From an uncultured Selenomonas sp. (GTDB lineage: Bacteria > Bacillota > Negativicutes > Selenomonadales > Selenomonadaceae): DNA of 64,000 bases. A model generated the notes under the pieces. It had not been told where the DNA came from and did not search any database. It saw nothing but the letters and a program-made list of their open reading frames with translations. Positions 26,667 to 35,964 of the stretch are shown in pieces. The position numbers were made by a program, and so were the translations under genes. Every line of letters begins with the position of its first letter. Position 1 is the first letter of the stretch. The stretch is taken from contig NZ_CAURXA010000003.1 in the NCBI RefSeq assembly GCF_963528755.1, positions 113,030 to 177,029 on the forward strand, read 5' to 3'.

Positions 26667-28370
26667 TCACCTCCCTGCTTCTTTCTCTATGAGTGCCGTA
26701 AAATCCTCCCTCGCCATAGGTTTTGCAAAATAATATCCTTGAATTTTGTCACAATCGATGCTCGACAAGAAATCGATCTGCGCCTTCGTCTCCACGCCCT
26801 CGACGACGACGCTCATCTTGAGATCGTGCGCCATCTCGACGACGCGCCGCAAGATGGTGGGCGCACGCTCAGAATCTTCGAGATTTTGCACAAATCCCAT
26901 GTCGATCTTCAGAATATCGACCGTCACATTCTTGAGCATGTTGAGCGAGCTGTAACCGCTGCCGAAATCGTCCATGAGGATCGTGAGGCCGATGTCGTGC
27001 AGCCGTTTCAGGACGCTCAAAAGCTGCACCGGATTGTCCGTATAAGCCGACTCCGTAATTTCCAGGCGCAGGAGCGAAGGATCAAGCCCGTACTTCTGCA
27101 AGAGACTGACGACCGTATCGCAGAAATCGTTGTCGTAGAAGTTCAGCCGTGAGACGTTGACGGAGACCGGCACGACGGGAAGTCCCGCGCGGATGCGCTC
27201 GGCGAGCATACGACAGACCTCCTCCCACGCGAAGCGGTCGAGCCGCACGACGAAGCCGTTGCGCTCGAAGAGCGGCACGAAGCGCACGGGCGGAATGATG
27301 CCCGCCGTCGGATGACGCCAGCGCACGAGCGCCTCGGCGCTGACGGCGCGTCCCGCCTTGATGCTGTAAATCGGCTGATAGTACACGCAGAACTGCCCCG
27401 AAGAAAGCGCCTGCTCCATCTCGCGGAGCAGCATTTGCTCTTCGAGCAGCGTCTCGCGCATCTTCTCGTCGTAGTAGGCATAGCGCTTCTTGTACAGCCC
27501 TTTGACCGTATTGAGTGCCATGTGGGCGCGGTCACACATCTGATTGACGGGCACCAGGACATCGTCGACCGGATAGATTCCCGCATAAAAGAGAATATTG
27601 TTCTTGATGCCGAGGGAGAAGATCGCACTGTCTATGCCTTCGAGCAGAATGTCGATATCAAGCATATCCTCGGGCATGCAGATGGCGAAATGGTCGGCCT
27701 CCATGTGGGCTGCAACGCCGATGCCCTCAGTGATCGTCTTGAAATACGTGCCCGCCGTCTTCAAGATCAGATTTCCTGTTTCGATATGGAAAAGATCGTT
27801 GATGATCTTGAAGCAGTTGATATCAAAATACAAGATATTGTAGCGCACGCTGCGGTTCTGCTGCAAAAGCTCGACCGTCTTCTCGTAAAACGCCTCGCGG
27901 TTGTACACACCTGTCAGGGCGTCGATCTCGATGTGGTGGCGCATCTCCAGGATCTGCCGCTCACGCGCCGCCTGTTCAAGTTTGCGCCACTCGTTCTCCA
28001 TGCGCGCCATGACATTCTTCACGCGGCATCGCACGATTGTCGGATTGTACGGCTTCGTGATGAAATCTGCCGCCCCCATCTCCATCGCGCGCACCTCGAC
28101 AGTACGTTCATTGCGCGCCGTCGTGACGATGACGGGAATTGCCGACAGACGCTCGTCGTGCTTCAAGCGGGCGAGCAGGTCGAAGCTGTCCGGTCCCGGC
28201 ATCACGAGGTCGAGCAGAATGATGTCAACGGTCTTTTCCGCGAGCAGCGCCATCATCTCATTGCCGTCCGCCGCCTCCAGAAGATCGTATTCCGCTTTGA
28301 AAAATTGCGCGAGAATGGCACGATGCATCTCCACATCGTCCACGATCAGCATCACAGGTTTCTTTTCCAT
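26667..28370 (-). CDS. response-regulator receiver-GGDEF-EAL protein (c-di-GMP turnover)
   Basis: ORF trimmed to ATG 28370. Receiver MLIVDDVE..DIILLDLVMP..KP; a GGDEF-type domain (..DALTGVYNREAF..); EAL domain (..AEALVRW.., EITES, DDFGSGYSSL). Confidence 0.9.
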   Translation of the reverse strand: MEKKPVMLIVDDVEMHRAILAQFFKAEYDLLEAADGNEMMALLAEKTVDIILLDLVMPGPDSFDLLARLKHDERLSAIPVIVTTARNERTVEVRAMEMGAADFITKPYNPTIVRCRVKNVMARMENEWRKLEQAARERQILEMRHHIEIDALTGVYNREAFYEKTVELLQQNRSVRYNILYFDINCFKIINDLFHIETGNLILKTAGTYFKTITEGIGVAAHMEADHFAICMPEDMLDIDILLEGIDSAIFSLGIKNNILFYAGIYPVDDVLVPVNQMCDRAHMALNTVKGLYKKRYAYYDEKMRETLLEEQMLLREMEQALSSGQFCVYYQPIYSIKAGRAVSAEALVRWRHPTAGIIPPVRFVPLFERNGFVVRLDRFAWEEVCRMLAERIRAGLPVVPVSVNVSRLNFYDNDFCDTVVSLLQKYGLDPSLLRLEITESAYTDNPVQLLSVLKRLHDIGLTILMDDFGSGYSSLNMLKNVTVDILKIDMGFVQNLEDSERAPTILRRVVEMAHDLKMSVVVEGVETKAQIDFLSSIDCDKIQGYYFAKPMAREDFTALIEKEAGR

Positions 28371-28504
28371 GAGACTACCTTTCCTGTCACAAAGAGCCGC
28401 TGATTCCTCGATGTTTCCATAGGAATCCTTTCTCCTATATTCTATCACAAAGCGAGCATAAGTAAAAGGTCTTATTTTTTATTTCATTAGTGCAAAAGGC
28501 AGGG

Positions 28505-28539
28505 AAAAAGAGGGGGCAAGCCGGTCAACCTGCCCCCTC
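28505..28539 (-). terminator. terminator after the PBP gene
   Basis: Reverse strand reads GAGGGGGCA-loop-TGCCCCCTC followed by TTTTTCCC. Confidence 0.75.
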
Positions 28540-28541
28540 CT

Positions 28542-30554
28542 TCATGGCGAAAAGACGACCGTGACCGTCTCGCCCGGATCGATGACGCTGTAGGCGGGCG
28601 CACTCTGGTAGCTTGCCCTGCCCGAGCCTTCAGCTTCGAGCGTCATGCCGATCTCGGCGAGCTTTTCCGCCGCCTCGCGGATCGTCAGGCCGTCGAGGTC
28701 GGGCATGACGACTTTGCCGCTCGGCACGACATCGGGCAGGCGCGGCTTCTTCTTCGGCAGCGCCTGCGCTTCTTTCTGCGCACGCTTCTCGTCCATCTCG
28801 ACGAAGGGATCGCTCGACGGTTCGATGTGCATGTAGCGGAAAATCTGCGAAAAGATCGCACCCGCGACGGGTGCTGCGATCTGTCCGCCGTAGAAGTTGC
28901 CACCTGACGGATCGTCGAGAATGACGAGCACGACGACCTTCGGATCATCGACGGGCGCAAAGCCGCAGAACGACGCGATGTAATGGCCGTCCATGTAGCC
29001 CGCACCGTTCGGACGAATCTTCTGCGCCGTGCCCGTCTTGCCGCCGATGCGGTAGCCCTTAACCTGCGCTTTCTGTCCGCCGCCCGCCGCGACAACCTGC
29101 TCCAGAAGCCCGACGAGCGTCTTCGTCGTCGCCGACTGCAGCACGCGGCGCACCTCGTCGCGCTTCGTCTGCAGGTAGGTCGAGCCGTCGGCGTTTCGGA
29201 TCTCCTTGACGATATGCGGCTTCAGAAGGACACCGTCGTTGGCGATCGCCGCCATCGCCGTCACGAGCTGCAACGGCGTCACGGCGATGCTCTGACCGAT
29301 CGCCATCGTCGCCATATCCGAATCGCGCATGTTCTCCGGCTCGAAGAGGATGCCGCCCTCCTCCGCCGGAAGCTCCACGCCCGTCGGCTCGCCGAAGCCG
29401 AAGAGCTTCGCGTACTTTGTGAGCCTTTCGGCGCCGAGATCGAGTCCGACGAGCGCGAATCCCGTATTGAGCGAGTTCTTGACGACATCGGTGAACGTCA
29501 CCGTGCCGAAGCTCTCGCCGTTCCAGTTCTGTATGCGCCTGCCCGAGACCATGACGTAGCCAGGATCGACGAAGATCTGGTTCGGCGTGACAATCTTCTC
29601 CTCAAGCGCCGCGCCCGCCACGACGGACTTGAAGGTAGAACCCGGCTCATAGATCGAGGAGACGGCGAGGTCCTTCCACGTCTCGCTCGAATACTTGCCG
29701 AACTCGTTCGGGTTGTACGAAGGCCGCATGGCGAGCGCGAGGATATTGCCCGTCTTGGGATCCATGACGATCGCTGTCGCATGCTGCGGCGCGTTCTCCG
29801 CCATCGCGCGGTCAAGCTCCTGCTCCACGATGAACTGAATGTTGCTGTCGATCGTCAGTGTCACCGCCTTGCAGCGATCGCCCGTATACGTGTCCGGCAT
29901 GAAGAGCGAGCTTAAAATCGGGCGGCTCTTCATGTCCGTGAGGATGAAATTTTCCTCCTCGACGCCCTTGATCAAGCCATCGAATTGCTGCTCAATGCCG
30001 TCGAGTCCCTTGTCGTCCGTGCCGACGAAGCCCAGGACGTTCGCCGCGAGCACGTCGTTCGGATAGTAGCGCTTCGCCTCATCACGAAACCCCAGGCAGT
30101 CGCCGTATGACTTTTCGCGGATGAGCGCCTTCACGGCATCCGACATGTACGGCTCCATGCGACGCTTGACCCAGACGAAGCCGCCGCCCTGCTCGATGTC
30201 TTCCAAAATGTCTGCCTCGCTGAGGCCCACGATCGGCGCGAGGTCGGCGGCAAGCTGCGCCGCATCCCCGACATGGCTCGGGTCGACGAAGAGCGACTTC
30301 GTCATCGAGGAAACGGCAAGCTCCCTGCCGTTCGCATCGAGAATCGCGCCGCGCGGCGACTGCGCCACGCGCTCCTCCCCCGACTGCATGCGCACACGCT
30401 CCGACATCTCCGATCCCTTGACGATCTGCACCCAGCCGTAGCGGCAAAGCGTCAAAAAGAACAGGGAGAGCACGAACAGCACCACGATCTGCACGTTGTC
30501 GCGCACGCGCCGCCTGCGCTTTTCCGCGCGCTCCGCCTTATTTTTCACGTTCAA
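28542..30554 (-). CDS. class B penicillin-binding protein (FtsI/SpoVD-type D,D-transpeptidase) with a C-terminal PASTA domain
   Basis: 670 aa with a TTG start (AAGGGG RBS). Has a TM anchor, a dimerisation domain, and the transpeptidase motifs STFK, SLN and KTGT. PASTA-like tail (VMPDLDGLTIREAAEKLAEIGMTLEAEGSG). Confidence 0.9.
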   Translation of the reverse strand: MNVKNKAERAEKRRRRVRDNVQIVVLFVLSLFFLTLCRYGWVQIVKGSEMSERVRMQSGEERVAQSPRGAILDANGRELAVSSMTKSLFVDPSHVGDAAQLAADLAPIVGLSEADILEDIEQGGGFVWVKRRMEPYMSDAVKALIREKSYGDCLGFRDEAKRYYPNDVLAANVLGFVGTDDKGLDGIEQQFDGLIKGVEEENFILTDMKSRPILSSLFMPDTYTGDRCKAVTLTIDSNIQFIVEQELDRAMAENAPQHATAIVMDPKTGNILALAMRPSYNPNEFGKYSSETWKDLAVSSIYEPGSTFKSVVAGAALEEKIVTPNQIFVDPGYVMVSGRRIQNWNGESFGTVTFTDVVKNSLNTGFALVGLDLGAERLTKYAKLFGFGEPTGVELPAEEGGILFEPENMRDSDMATMAIGQSIAVTPLQLVTAMAAIANDGVLLKPHIVKEIRNADGSTYLQTKRDEVRRVLQSATTKTLVGLLEQVVAAGGGQKAQVKGYRIGGKTGTAQKIRPNGAGYMDGHYIASFCGFAPVDDPKVVVLVILDDPSGGNFYGGQIAAPVAGAIFSQIFRYMHIEPSSDPFVEMDEKRAQKEAQALPKKKPRLPDVVPSGKVVMPDLDGLTIREAAEKLAEIGMTLEAEGSGRASYQSAPAYSVIDPGETVTVVFSP

Positions 30555-30579
30555 GCTGAAAACCCCTTGTCGTTTTTGT

Positions 30580-30608
30580 TTTCTATTATAGCATAGTTAT
30601 GGTATAAT
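30580..30608 (+). promoter_or_regulatory. extended -10 promoter pointing away from the PBP gene
   Basis: TGgTATAAT (TG 30600-30601, TATAAT 30603-30608). Same core as the promoter at 6528-6536. Confidence 0.45.
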
Positions 30609-30614
30609 GTAAGT

Positions 30615-30656
30615 GGTGCTATCCAAGCGGTAGGCGGTCGATTCTTAGCCCCTAGG
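30615..30656 (+). repeat. left arm of an imperfect inverted repeat
   Basis: GGTGCTATC..GGTA..CGGTC..AGCCCCT. Its partner is the reverse complement of 30911-30939. Confidence 0.6.
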
Positions 30657-30775
30657 CGGTCAACGTCATCCGCGCATCTGCGCTCTTCGAGCTTGATTTG
30701 CGGGACGTTTTCGCATACGAGCCATTTGCCAATCAGCTACGCCCTGCGGGCTTGCTTTTTGGATGGCTCAGCAGG
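30655..30775 (-). repeat. about two units of the 6031-6506 hairpin repeat family, in inverted orientation
   Basis: Reverse complement contains CTGCTGAGC, ..GCAAGCCCGCAGGGCGTAGCTGATTGGCAAATGG.., CTCGTATGCGAAAACGTCCC (motif A, 19 of 20) and GACGTTGACCGCC (motif B). Confidence 0.75.
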
Positions 30776-30785
30776 GGCGTTGCTT

Positions 30786-30857
30786 ATGGAACTGTACGAT
30801 TTTTTGTCGTTGGTTTTCCTCGTGACGATTTGCGTCGTTGCGTTAAAAGCAAAATAA
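30786..30857 (+). CDS. 23-aa hydrophobic peptide (speculative type I toxin-like ORF)
   Basis: MELYDFLSLVFLVTICVVALKAK, with AGGGG 8 nt upstream. Its stop abuts the shared hairpin. There is no homology evidence. Confidence 0.3.
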   Translation: MELYDFLSLVFLVTICVVALKAK

Positions 30858-30897
30858 GAATCCCCCGCCACGAGCGACCAACTTAGGCGGAGGATTC
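30858..30897. terminator. hairpin; on the minus strand a good intrinsic terminator
   Basis: GAATCCCCCGCC-loop-GGCGGAGGATTC (11 of 12 bp). The minus-strand reading is followed by TTATTTTGCTTTT. Confidence 0.6.
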
Positions 30898-30910
30898 TCT
30901 TCCACATGAG

Positions 30911-30939
30911 ACAGGGGCTGACCGTTTACCGATAGCACC
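30911..30939 (-). repeat. right arm of the imperfect inverted repeat
   Basis: Reverse complement is GGTGCTATCGGTAAACGGTCAGCCCCTGT. Confidence 0.6.
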
Positions 30940-30951
30940 TTTTCCAGTTTT

Positions 30952-30980
30952 ATTATACGACAGAACCGTGACCAAGTCAA
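30952..30980 (-). promoter_or_regulatory. strong minus-strand promoter just downstream of rlmH
   Basis: Reverse strand reads TTGACT (30980-30975), 17-nt spacer, TATAAT (30957-30952). Confidence 0.55.
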
Positions 30981-30985
30981 ACTCT

Positions 30986-31465
30986 TCACCAATGATACTT
31001 CTCGCCGCGATTGATCTTGAACGCGCGATAAATCTGCTCGTAGAGCAAGAGCCGCACCATCTGATGCGTGAAGGTCATCGGCGAAAATGAAATTCTAAGA
31101 TCGGCGCGATCTCGCACCGCTGGCGACAGGCCGAACGCGCCGCCGATGAGGAACGTGAGATCGCTCTGCCCTTGAAGCGCGAGCGAGGCAAGCTCTTTTG
31201 CCAGCACTTCCGACGAAAGGAGCTTCCCCTTGACATCGAGCACGATGAGGAAACTCTTCTCCGGCACGAGACGCAGGAGACGCTCGCCCTCTTTTGCGAG
31301 CGTCTCCTGCCTTTGTGCTTCGGACGGATTCTCCGCCATATATTCTTCGCGCGTTTCCCGAAGCTCCACAGAAGCGAACGGAGCGAGGCGTTTCTCATAC
31401 TCAGCGACGCCTTCCCTCAAGTACTTCTCCTTGAGCTTTCCCACGGCGACGATGCGGATCTTCAT
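30986..31465 (-). CDS. rlmH: 23S rRNA (pseudouridine1915-N3)-methyltransferase
   Basis: 159 aa, MKIRIVAVGKLKEKYL..Y.KRL......E.......LDVKGK..SS..LA.......G.SDLTFLIGGAFGLS..V...AD...SFS.MTF.HQM.R.LL.EQIYRAF.I..G..YH. Confidence 0.93.
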   Translation of the reverse strand: MKIRIVAVGKLKEKYLREGVAEYEKRLAPFASVELRETREEYMAENPSEAQRQETLAKEGERLLRLVPEKSFLIVLDVKGKLLSSEVLAKELASLALQGQSDLTFLIGGAFGLSPAVRDRADLRISFSPMTFTHQMVRLLLYEQIYRAFKINRGEKYHW

Positions 31466-32577
31466 CGATTCGACTGCGGCATTTCCTTGAGCGTCACCGT
31501 CACCGTTTCCTTCTTGCCGTCCCTCTCGATGACGAGTTTGACTTGATCGCCAACCTTATGTTCCGCAACAGCCGCGCGGAGATCGGCGACGGTGTTCGTC
31601 TCCTTGTCGTCGATCTTCAGGATCAGATCGCCGCGCATGACGCCCGCCTGATTTGCAGGGCCGCCGAGTTCGAGATGCTCAACGTAGACGCCCTTGTCCG
31701 CATTCAGCGTGTAGCCGGCGCGTGCCGCCGTCTCCTTGTCAAAGATGCCAACGCCGAGGTAGGGGCGCACGACGTAGCCGTTCGAGAGAAGCTGATCGAT
31801 GATCTCCTGCACCGTGTTGATGGGGATGGAAAAGCCGATGCCCTCTACGCCATTCGCCGCAATCTTCGCGCTGTTGATGCCGACGACCTCTCCGTCCGCA
31901 TTGACGAGCGCACCGCCCGAGTTGCCGGGGCTGATCGCTGCATCCGTCTGAATGAGCTTCAAGCGGCGCTCACTGATGTCGAGCGTACGGTTCAAAGCGC
32001 TGATGACGCCCGCCGTCACTGTTCCCTGAAACTCAAGCCCCATCGGATTGCCGATGGCGATGGCCGGCTCGCCGACGACGAGATCATCGGAATTGCCGAA
32101 CTTCGCCGTAGGCAGCCCCGTGGCCTCGATTTTCACAACGGCGATGTCCGTAAGCTCGTCTGCCCCCACAAGCTTCCCCTTGAAGCTGCGCCCGTCCGGA
32201 AGCGAGACAGTGATCTCCTTCGCGCCCTGGATCACATGGTTATTCGTAACGATGTAACCATCGCTCTTAAAGATGACGCCCGAGCCGACACCCTCCGTCT
32301 CGACCGGCATATTGAACCAGTCGCGCACGACCGTCTTGTTCGTGATGCCGACGACGGCAGGGCCTACCGCGCGTGCCGCACGAACTGCCGGCGTGTTGCG
32401 CGCATCCGACAAAGGCTTCTGGCTCGCCGCCTGCTCTACGGCAATGCCGCCCGCAACGGAATTGTCCTTCTCCTTCGCCGTACTGTCCGAGCAGCCCGCG
32501 AAGAGCACGGCACCAACGACGAAGACGCCAATCGCGCCCGAAAGAACCTTCTTCTGCCTATTCCAAAAACAAGTCAT
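31462..32577 (-). CDS. HtrA/DegP-family serine protease (trypsin-like domain plus PDZ)
   Basis: ORF trimmed to ATG 32577 (GGAGGAGGG RBS). TM anchor, TNNHV, DIAVVK and GNSGGAL catalytic-triad contexts, and a C-terminal PDZ. ATGA overlap with rlmH. Confidence 0.9.
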   Translation of the reverse strand: MTCFWNRQKKVLSGAIGVFVVGAVLFAGCSDSTAKEKDNSVAGGIAVEQAASQKPLSDARNTPAVRAARAVGPAVVGITNKTVVRDWFNMPVETEGVGSGVIFKSDGYIVTNNHVIQGAKEITVSLPDGRSFKGKLVGADELTDIAVVKIEATGLPTAKFGNSDDLVVGEPAIAIGNPMGLEFQGTVTAGVISALNRTLDISERRLKLIQTDAAISPGNSGGALVNADGEVVGINSAKIAANGVEGIGFSIPINTVQEIIDQLLSNGYVVRPYLGVGIFDKETAARAGYTLNADKGVYVEHLELGGPANQAGVMRGDLILKIDDKETNTVADLRAAVAEHKVGDQVKLVIERDGKKETVTVTLKEMPQSNR

Positions 32578-32699
32578 GCAAAACCCTCCTCCAATTTCGG
32601 GGCGCGAGCGAAACCTTCGCCAACATCGCCCACTCTTCGGGAAGAATGGAACCCTTCCGCACTTCCCTGGAAAATGAATCACAAACTACACGCACAAAC

Positions 32700-32767
32700 G
32701 TCCACTTTGTGGACATTGTGCGCCGCCCTTAGTAAAGTCATTATAGCACGCTTTGCATCTTTCGCAA
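32700..32767 (-). promoter_or_regulatory. htrA promoter with a downstream perfect palindrome (candidate operator)
   Basis: Reverse strand reads TTGCGA (32767-32762), 16-nt spacer, TATAAT (32745-32740). The palindrome GTCCAC-TTT-GTGGAC lies at 32700-32714, about 25 nt downstream of the -10. Confidence 0.45.
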
Positions 32768-32941
32768 GCGACACGGCCATGTTTCAGCAAACTGTAACGT
32801 AAACGACGGGACATTTCTCTGCTCCACCGCCTACATTACAATTTGCTGCCCTGCGCCCTGCCGAGGAAAAACACACTGCAATGCAAAAGCCGATGCACGA
32901 ACGATTCCCATGCATCGGCTCTTCTCTTTTTCCGCTTCGGC

Positions 32942-33733
32942 TCAGAGCGCAGCGCCTGCTGCCTTCTTCTGCTGTGCATCCTGCGCAGCTGCCACGGCAT
33001 CCTTCGGTGCAGCATCCTTCGCCGCATCCGCTTTCGGCGCATCGTCTTTCTTCACGAGCTTGTCGAAGCGCCCCATGATCTCGTCGTAGGTCTTGCCCGT
33101 GATCTCTGGCATATCTTTCTTGCCCGTCATCTGCTTGAAGTCGATGCCCGCCTGCTTGAAGCCATCCTGCACGGCAGAGCGCAGGGCTTCAAGCTTCTTC
33201 GGATCGTCGCCCGCGATCGACGTCGCCATGCTCATGATGCGGTCAGCCACTGCCTTGACCGACCAGTCGCCGCCGTCGGCAACCGCCTTCGCCGCTTCCT
33301 CCGGCGTCGTCGCGACATCAGGCAAAGCAAACTGCGCCGTCAGCACCTTGCGCCCGTCGAAATTTAGGAAACCCACGCCATCCTTCTGCCATGCCTGAAG
33401 CTGTGCATTCTGCTCCGTCATAGTCTTGATGAGGATATTGTAGCTGTTGTCGATATCATCCTGCAGAGCCTTGACCTCGTCTGCCGTCAAGCCCTTTGTC
33501 TTGCCGTTCTTCGCCGGCTCGTCCGTCTCAGCAGCTTTCGCGTCCGCCGCCTTCTTTTTCGCAGCGTCAGAGATCTTCACATCAAAAGCAGCGCCTGCAT
33601 CCTGCGCCGTCTTCGCCGCATCTGCCGCGCCGCCTTTCGGCATTTGCGCCGTCTGCACGCGCTCCGTCTGCGGCAGCTTCGCCGCACTCTGATTCATGGC
33701 ATACGCCATCTTGCTCATCGCTGTTACATCCAT
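32942..33733 (-). CDS. hypothetical Ala/Lys/Asp-rich protein
   Basis: 263 aa. Good codon periodicity and a GGAGGA RBS. No signal peptide and no family I can name with confidence. Confidence 0.7.
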   Translation of the reverse strand: MDVTAMSKMAYAMNQSAAKLPQTERVQTAQMPKGGAADAAKTAQDAGAAFDVKISDAAKKKAADAKAAETDEPAKNGKTKGLTADEVKALQDDIDNSYNILIKTMTEQNAQLQAWQKDGVGFLNFDGRKVLTAQFALPDVATTPEEAAKAVADGGDWSVKAVADRIMSMATSIAGDDPKKLEALRSAVQDGFKQAGIDFKQMTGKKDMPEITGKTYDEIMGRFDKLVKKDDAPKADAAKDAAPKDAVAAAQDAQQKKAAGAAL

Positions 33734-33866
33734 GTTCGTTCCTCCTACTCTGTCTTCAAAGCGCCCCGTCCTATGGGCATTTTCTTTTATATCGTCATTT
33801 TGACGAAAAAAATAAGCATCACGCAGCGAAGTGGACGTTTACACGTGTAGTTTATCAGCATTTCCC

Positions 33867-35204
33867 TCACCTAACTTCCTTCGGCAAACGTCGAACCGTC
33901 ATAAAATACGCAATGGCGAGCGGCACGCATGAGCCGAGCCATGCCATGGGATTTCCCAGACAGGCGCCGAGGAAGCCGAGGGCGTCGACAAGCACGATGC
34001 CCGCCGTCGCGCGCATGATGAGTTCCATGACGCCGGCGACGGTCGGCACGATGGACTGTCCGAGTCCCTGCAGCGTGTAGCGGAAGATGAAGAGCAGCGA
34101 CAAGATCCAGTACGTCAGGCCGTTGACGAGGAAATACGTCTGCCCAAGCCGGATCGCTTCCGCTTCGCCTGCACCGACGAAAAGCTCCATCAGGTACGGT
34201 CCTGCCGCAATGACGAATGCACCTGCTGCAAGACTAAAGCCGACGGACATCCGACAGCACGCCTGCACGCCCGTGCGGATGCGGCTGAACTTGCCCGCGC
34301 CGTAATTCTGCGCCGTATACGCCGCCATGGCTGCGCCGAACGACATCATCGGCATCATGGCGATCGTGTCAACCTTCTGCGCCGCCGCATATGCCGCGAC
34401 GGGCACTGCCCCCAGACCATTCAGCGCGACCTGCAGGATCACGGCTCCGAAGGCGATGATCGTCGCTTGAAAACCCATGGGCAGACCGATGGCGAGATGC
34501 ATGCGCAAAAAGCTCCACGATAAGCGCCAATCCTCGCGCCGCACATGAAGCTCAGGCACACGCCTCGCGATGTAGACGAAAAAGATCCCCGTTGCAAGAG
34601 CCCACGAAACTACGGTCGCAAATGCCGCGCCCGGAATACCCCAGCCGAATGCGAGCAGAAAAAGCACTTCAAGTGCAATGTTGATGGCGATGCCGACCCC
34701 GAGGATGACGGTCGGCATCTTGCTGTCGCCGAGGGCGCGCAGGATATTCGCCGCCATCAATGCGGCAGTGGCGAAGACCGCTCCGCCGCAGATAATCGAA
34801 AAGAACGCCGTCGCATTGTCCAATAACTCAGGCGGCGTGTTCATGAATTCAAGCAGCGGGCGGCAGAAGAAGAATCCGACGATGCTCAAGAGGATAGCGA
34901 TTGAGAAGGAGAGTACAGCGCATGCCGCCGCGCTCTTTCTGACGCCTGCGGCGTCCTTCGCACCGTAGCGCTGCCCCGTACAGATGGCCAGTCCCGAAGT
35001 CAGGCCGATGACGAAGCCGAGCATCAGAAACATCAGGCTGCCCGTGCAGCCGACGGCGGCCAGCGCTTCGATCCCGAGGAAGCGCCCGACGAGCAGCGTG
35101 TCGATGAAGGCGTAGAGCTGCTGCATGATATTGCCCGCGATGAGCGGCAGTGTGAAGAAGAGGAGAAGCTTCGCGGGGCTTCCCTCGGTCATATCTTTTG
35201 CCAT
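33867..35204 (-). CDS. MATE family efflux transporter
   Basis: ORF trimmed to ATG 35204. MAKDMTEGSPAKLLLFFTLPLIAGNIMQQLY is a MATE N-terminus. 12 TM segments. Confidence 0.9.
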   Translation of the reverse strand: MAKDMTEGSPAKLLLFFTLPLIAGNIMQQLYAFIDTLLVGRFLGIEALAAVGCTGSLMFLMLGFVIGLTSGLAICTGQRYGAKDAAGVRKSAAACAVLSFSIAILLSIVGFFFCRPLLEFMNTPPELLDNATAFFSIICGGAVFATAALMAANILRALGDSKMPTVILGVGIAINIALEVLFLLAFGWGIPGAAFATVVSWALATGIFFVYIARRVPELHVRREDWRLSWSFLRMHLAIGLPMGFQATIIAFGAVILQVALNGLGAVPVAAYAAAQKVDTIAMMPMMSFGAAMAAYTAQNYGAGKFSRIRTGVQACCRMSVGFSLAAGAFVIAAGPYLMELFVGAGEAEAIRLGQTYFLVNGLTYWILSLLFIFRYTLQGLGQSIVPTVAGVMELIMRATAGIVLVDALGFLGACLGNPMAWLGSCVPLAIAYFMTVRRLPKEVR

Positions 35205-35205
35205 G

Positions 35206-35964
35206 TCATTTCCCCAAGCAGTACGTGACGGCAGTGCGCAGACTCTCCTGCAACACGACGGCATTCGTGTGCAGCGCATCCGCCGAAGGCGCGAGCTTCA
35301 CAACGTGAAAGATCGGATGATGGCTGACCATGTAATCCGTCGGATACGGTACGACCTCGATGCCAAGTTTCTCATAGTTCAAGACGGAACGCTTCATGTG
35401 GAAGGCGCTCGTGACGAGGATCGGGCGCACGAGGCCGTGCTCCTTGAGGATCTTCGCCGTATAGGCCGCATTCTGCACCGTGTTCTGGCTCGCGCCCTCG
35501 ACGAGGATGCGGCTCTCGGGAATGCCGAGGGAAATGAGTGTGCGCTTGGCGAGCAGCGCTTCCTTGCCGCTCTCCTGGAACACTTGCCCGCCCGATACGA
35601 GAATCGGCAGGTCGAGCTTCTGTGCGAGCCGCACGGCGGTCAGAAGGCGCGTCGACGGGCTTGCCGTCAGCGCACCCTCGCCGTCAACGTCGGGCGCATC
35701 GGAGAAAGCGCCGCCGCCGAGCATGATGACGACGTCTCCCTCGGGCTTCGCGGGCGGCGCGTAGGCGCCTTCAAGCGCACCCATGAGCACGTCGGCGACG
35801 AGATACGTCGACAGGAGGTAGAACACTGCGGTAATGAGCATGATTGCCTTCGCTGCGAAGCGCTCACCCTTCTTCCATGCAAAATAAGCAAGGAAGAGAA
35901 AGGCGAGAAAAAAGATACCGGGCGGTAGAAAGAAACTCGCCCCAAATTTCAGAAACTGGATCAT
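35206..35964 (-). CDS. YdcF family (DUF218) protein
   Basis: ORF trimmed to ATG 35964 (AGGAAAGGG RBS). Two N-terminal TM segments and DUF218 motifs ..VVIMLGGG.. and ..ILVTSAFHMKRS. Stop is 1 nt before the MATE start. Confidence 0.85.
   Translation of the reverse strand: MIQFLKFGASFFLPPGIFFLAFLFLAYFAWKKGERFAAKAIMLITAVFYLLSTYLVADVLMGALEGAYAPPAKPEGDVVIMLGGGAFSDAPDVDGEGALTASPSTRLLTAVRLAQKLDLPILVSGGQVFQESGKEALLAKRTLISLGIPESRILVEGASQNTVQNAAYTAKILKEHGLVRPILVTSAFHMKRSVLNYEKLGIEVVPYPTDYMVSHHPIFHVVKLAPSADALHTNAVVLQESLRTAVTYCLGK

Larger units (their letters stand above)
30858..30946 (-). ncRNA. candidate sRNA of about 90 nt, or terminated leader, antisense to the 3' end of the small ORF
   Basis: Bounded by the TTGACT-17-TATAAT promoter (30980-30952) and the minus-strand terminator at 30897-30858. 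Confidence 0.3.

Noticed and set aside
30615-30939. A firm call of a MITE or other mobile element for the inverted-repeat-bounded 325-bp unit.
   Set aside because: The inverted repeat is imperfect (blocks of 9+4+5+7 nt with indels). No target-site duplication is evident, and no second copy of the arms is seen in this window. It is kept as one of three hypotheses in the findings rather than as a mobile_element feature.
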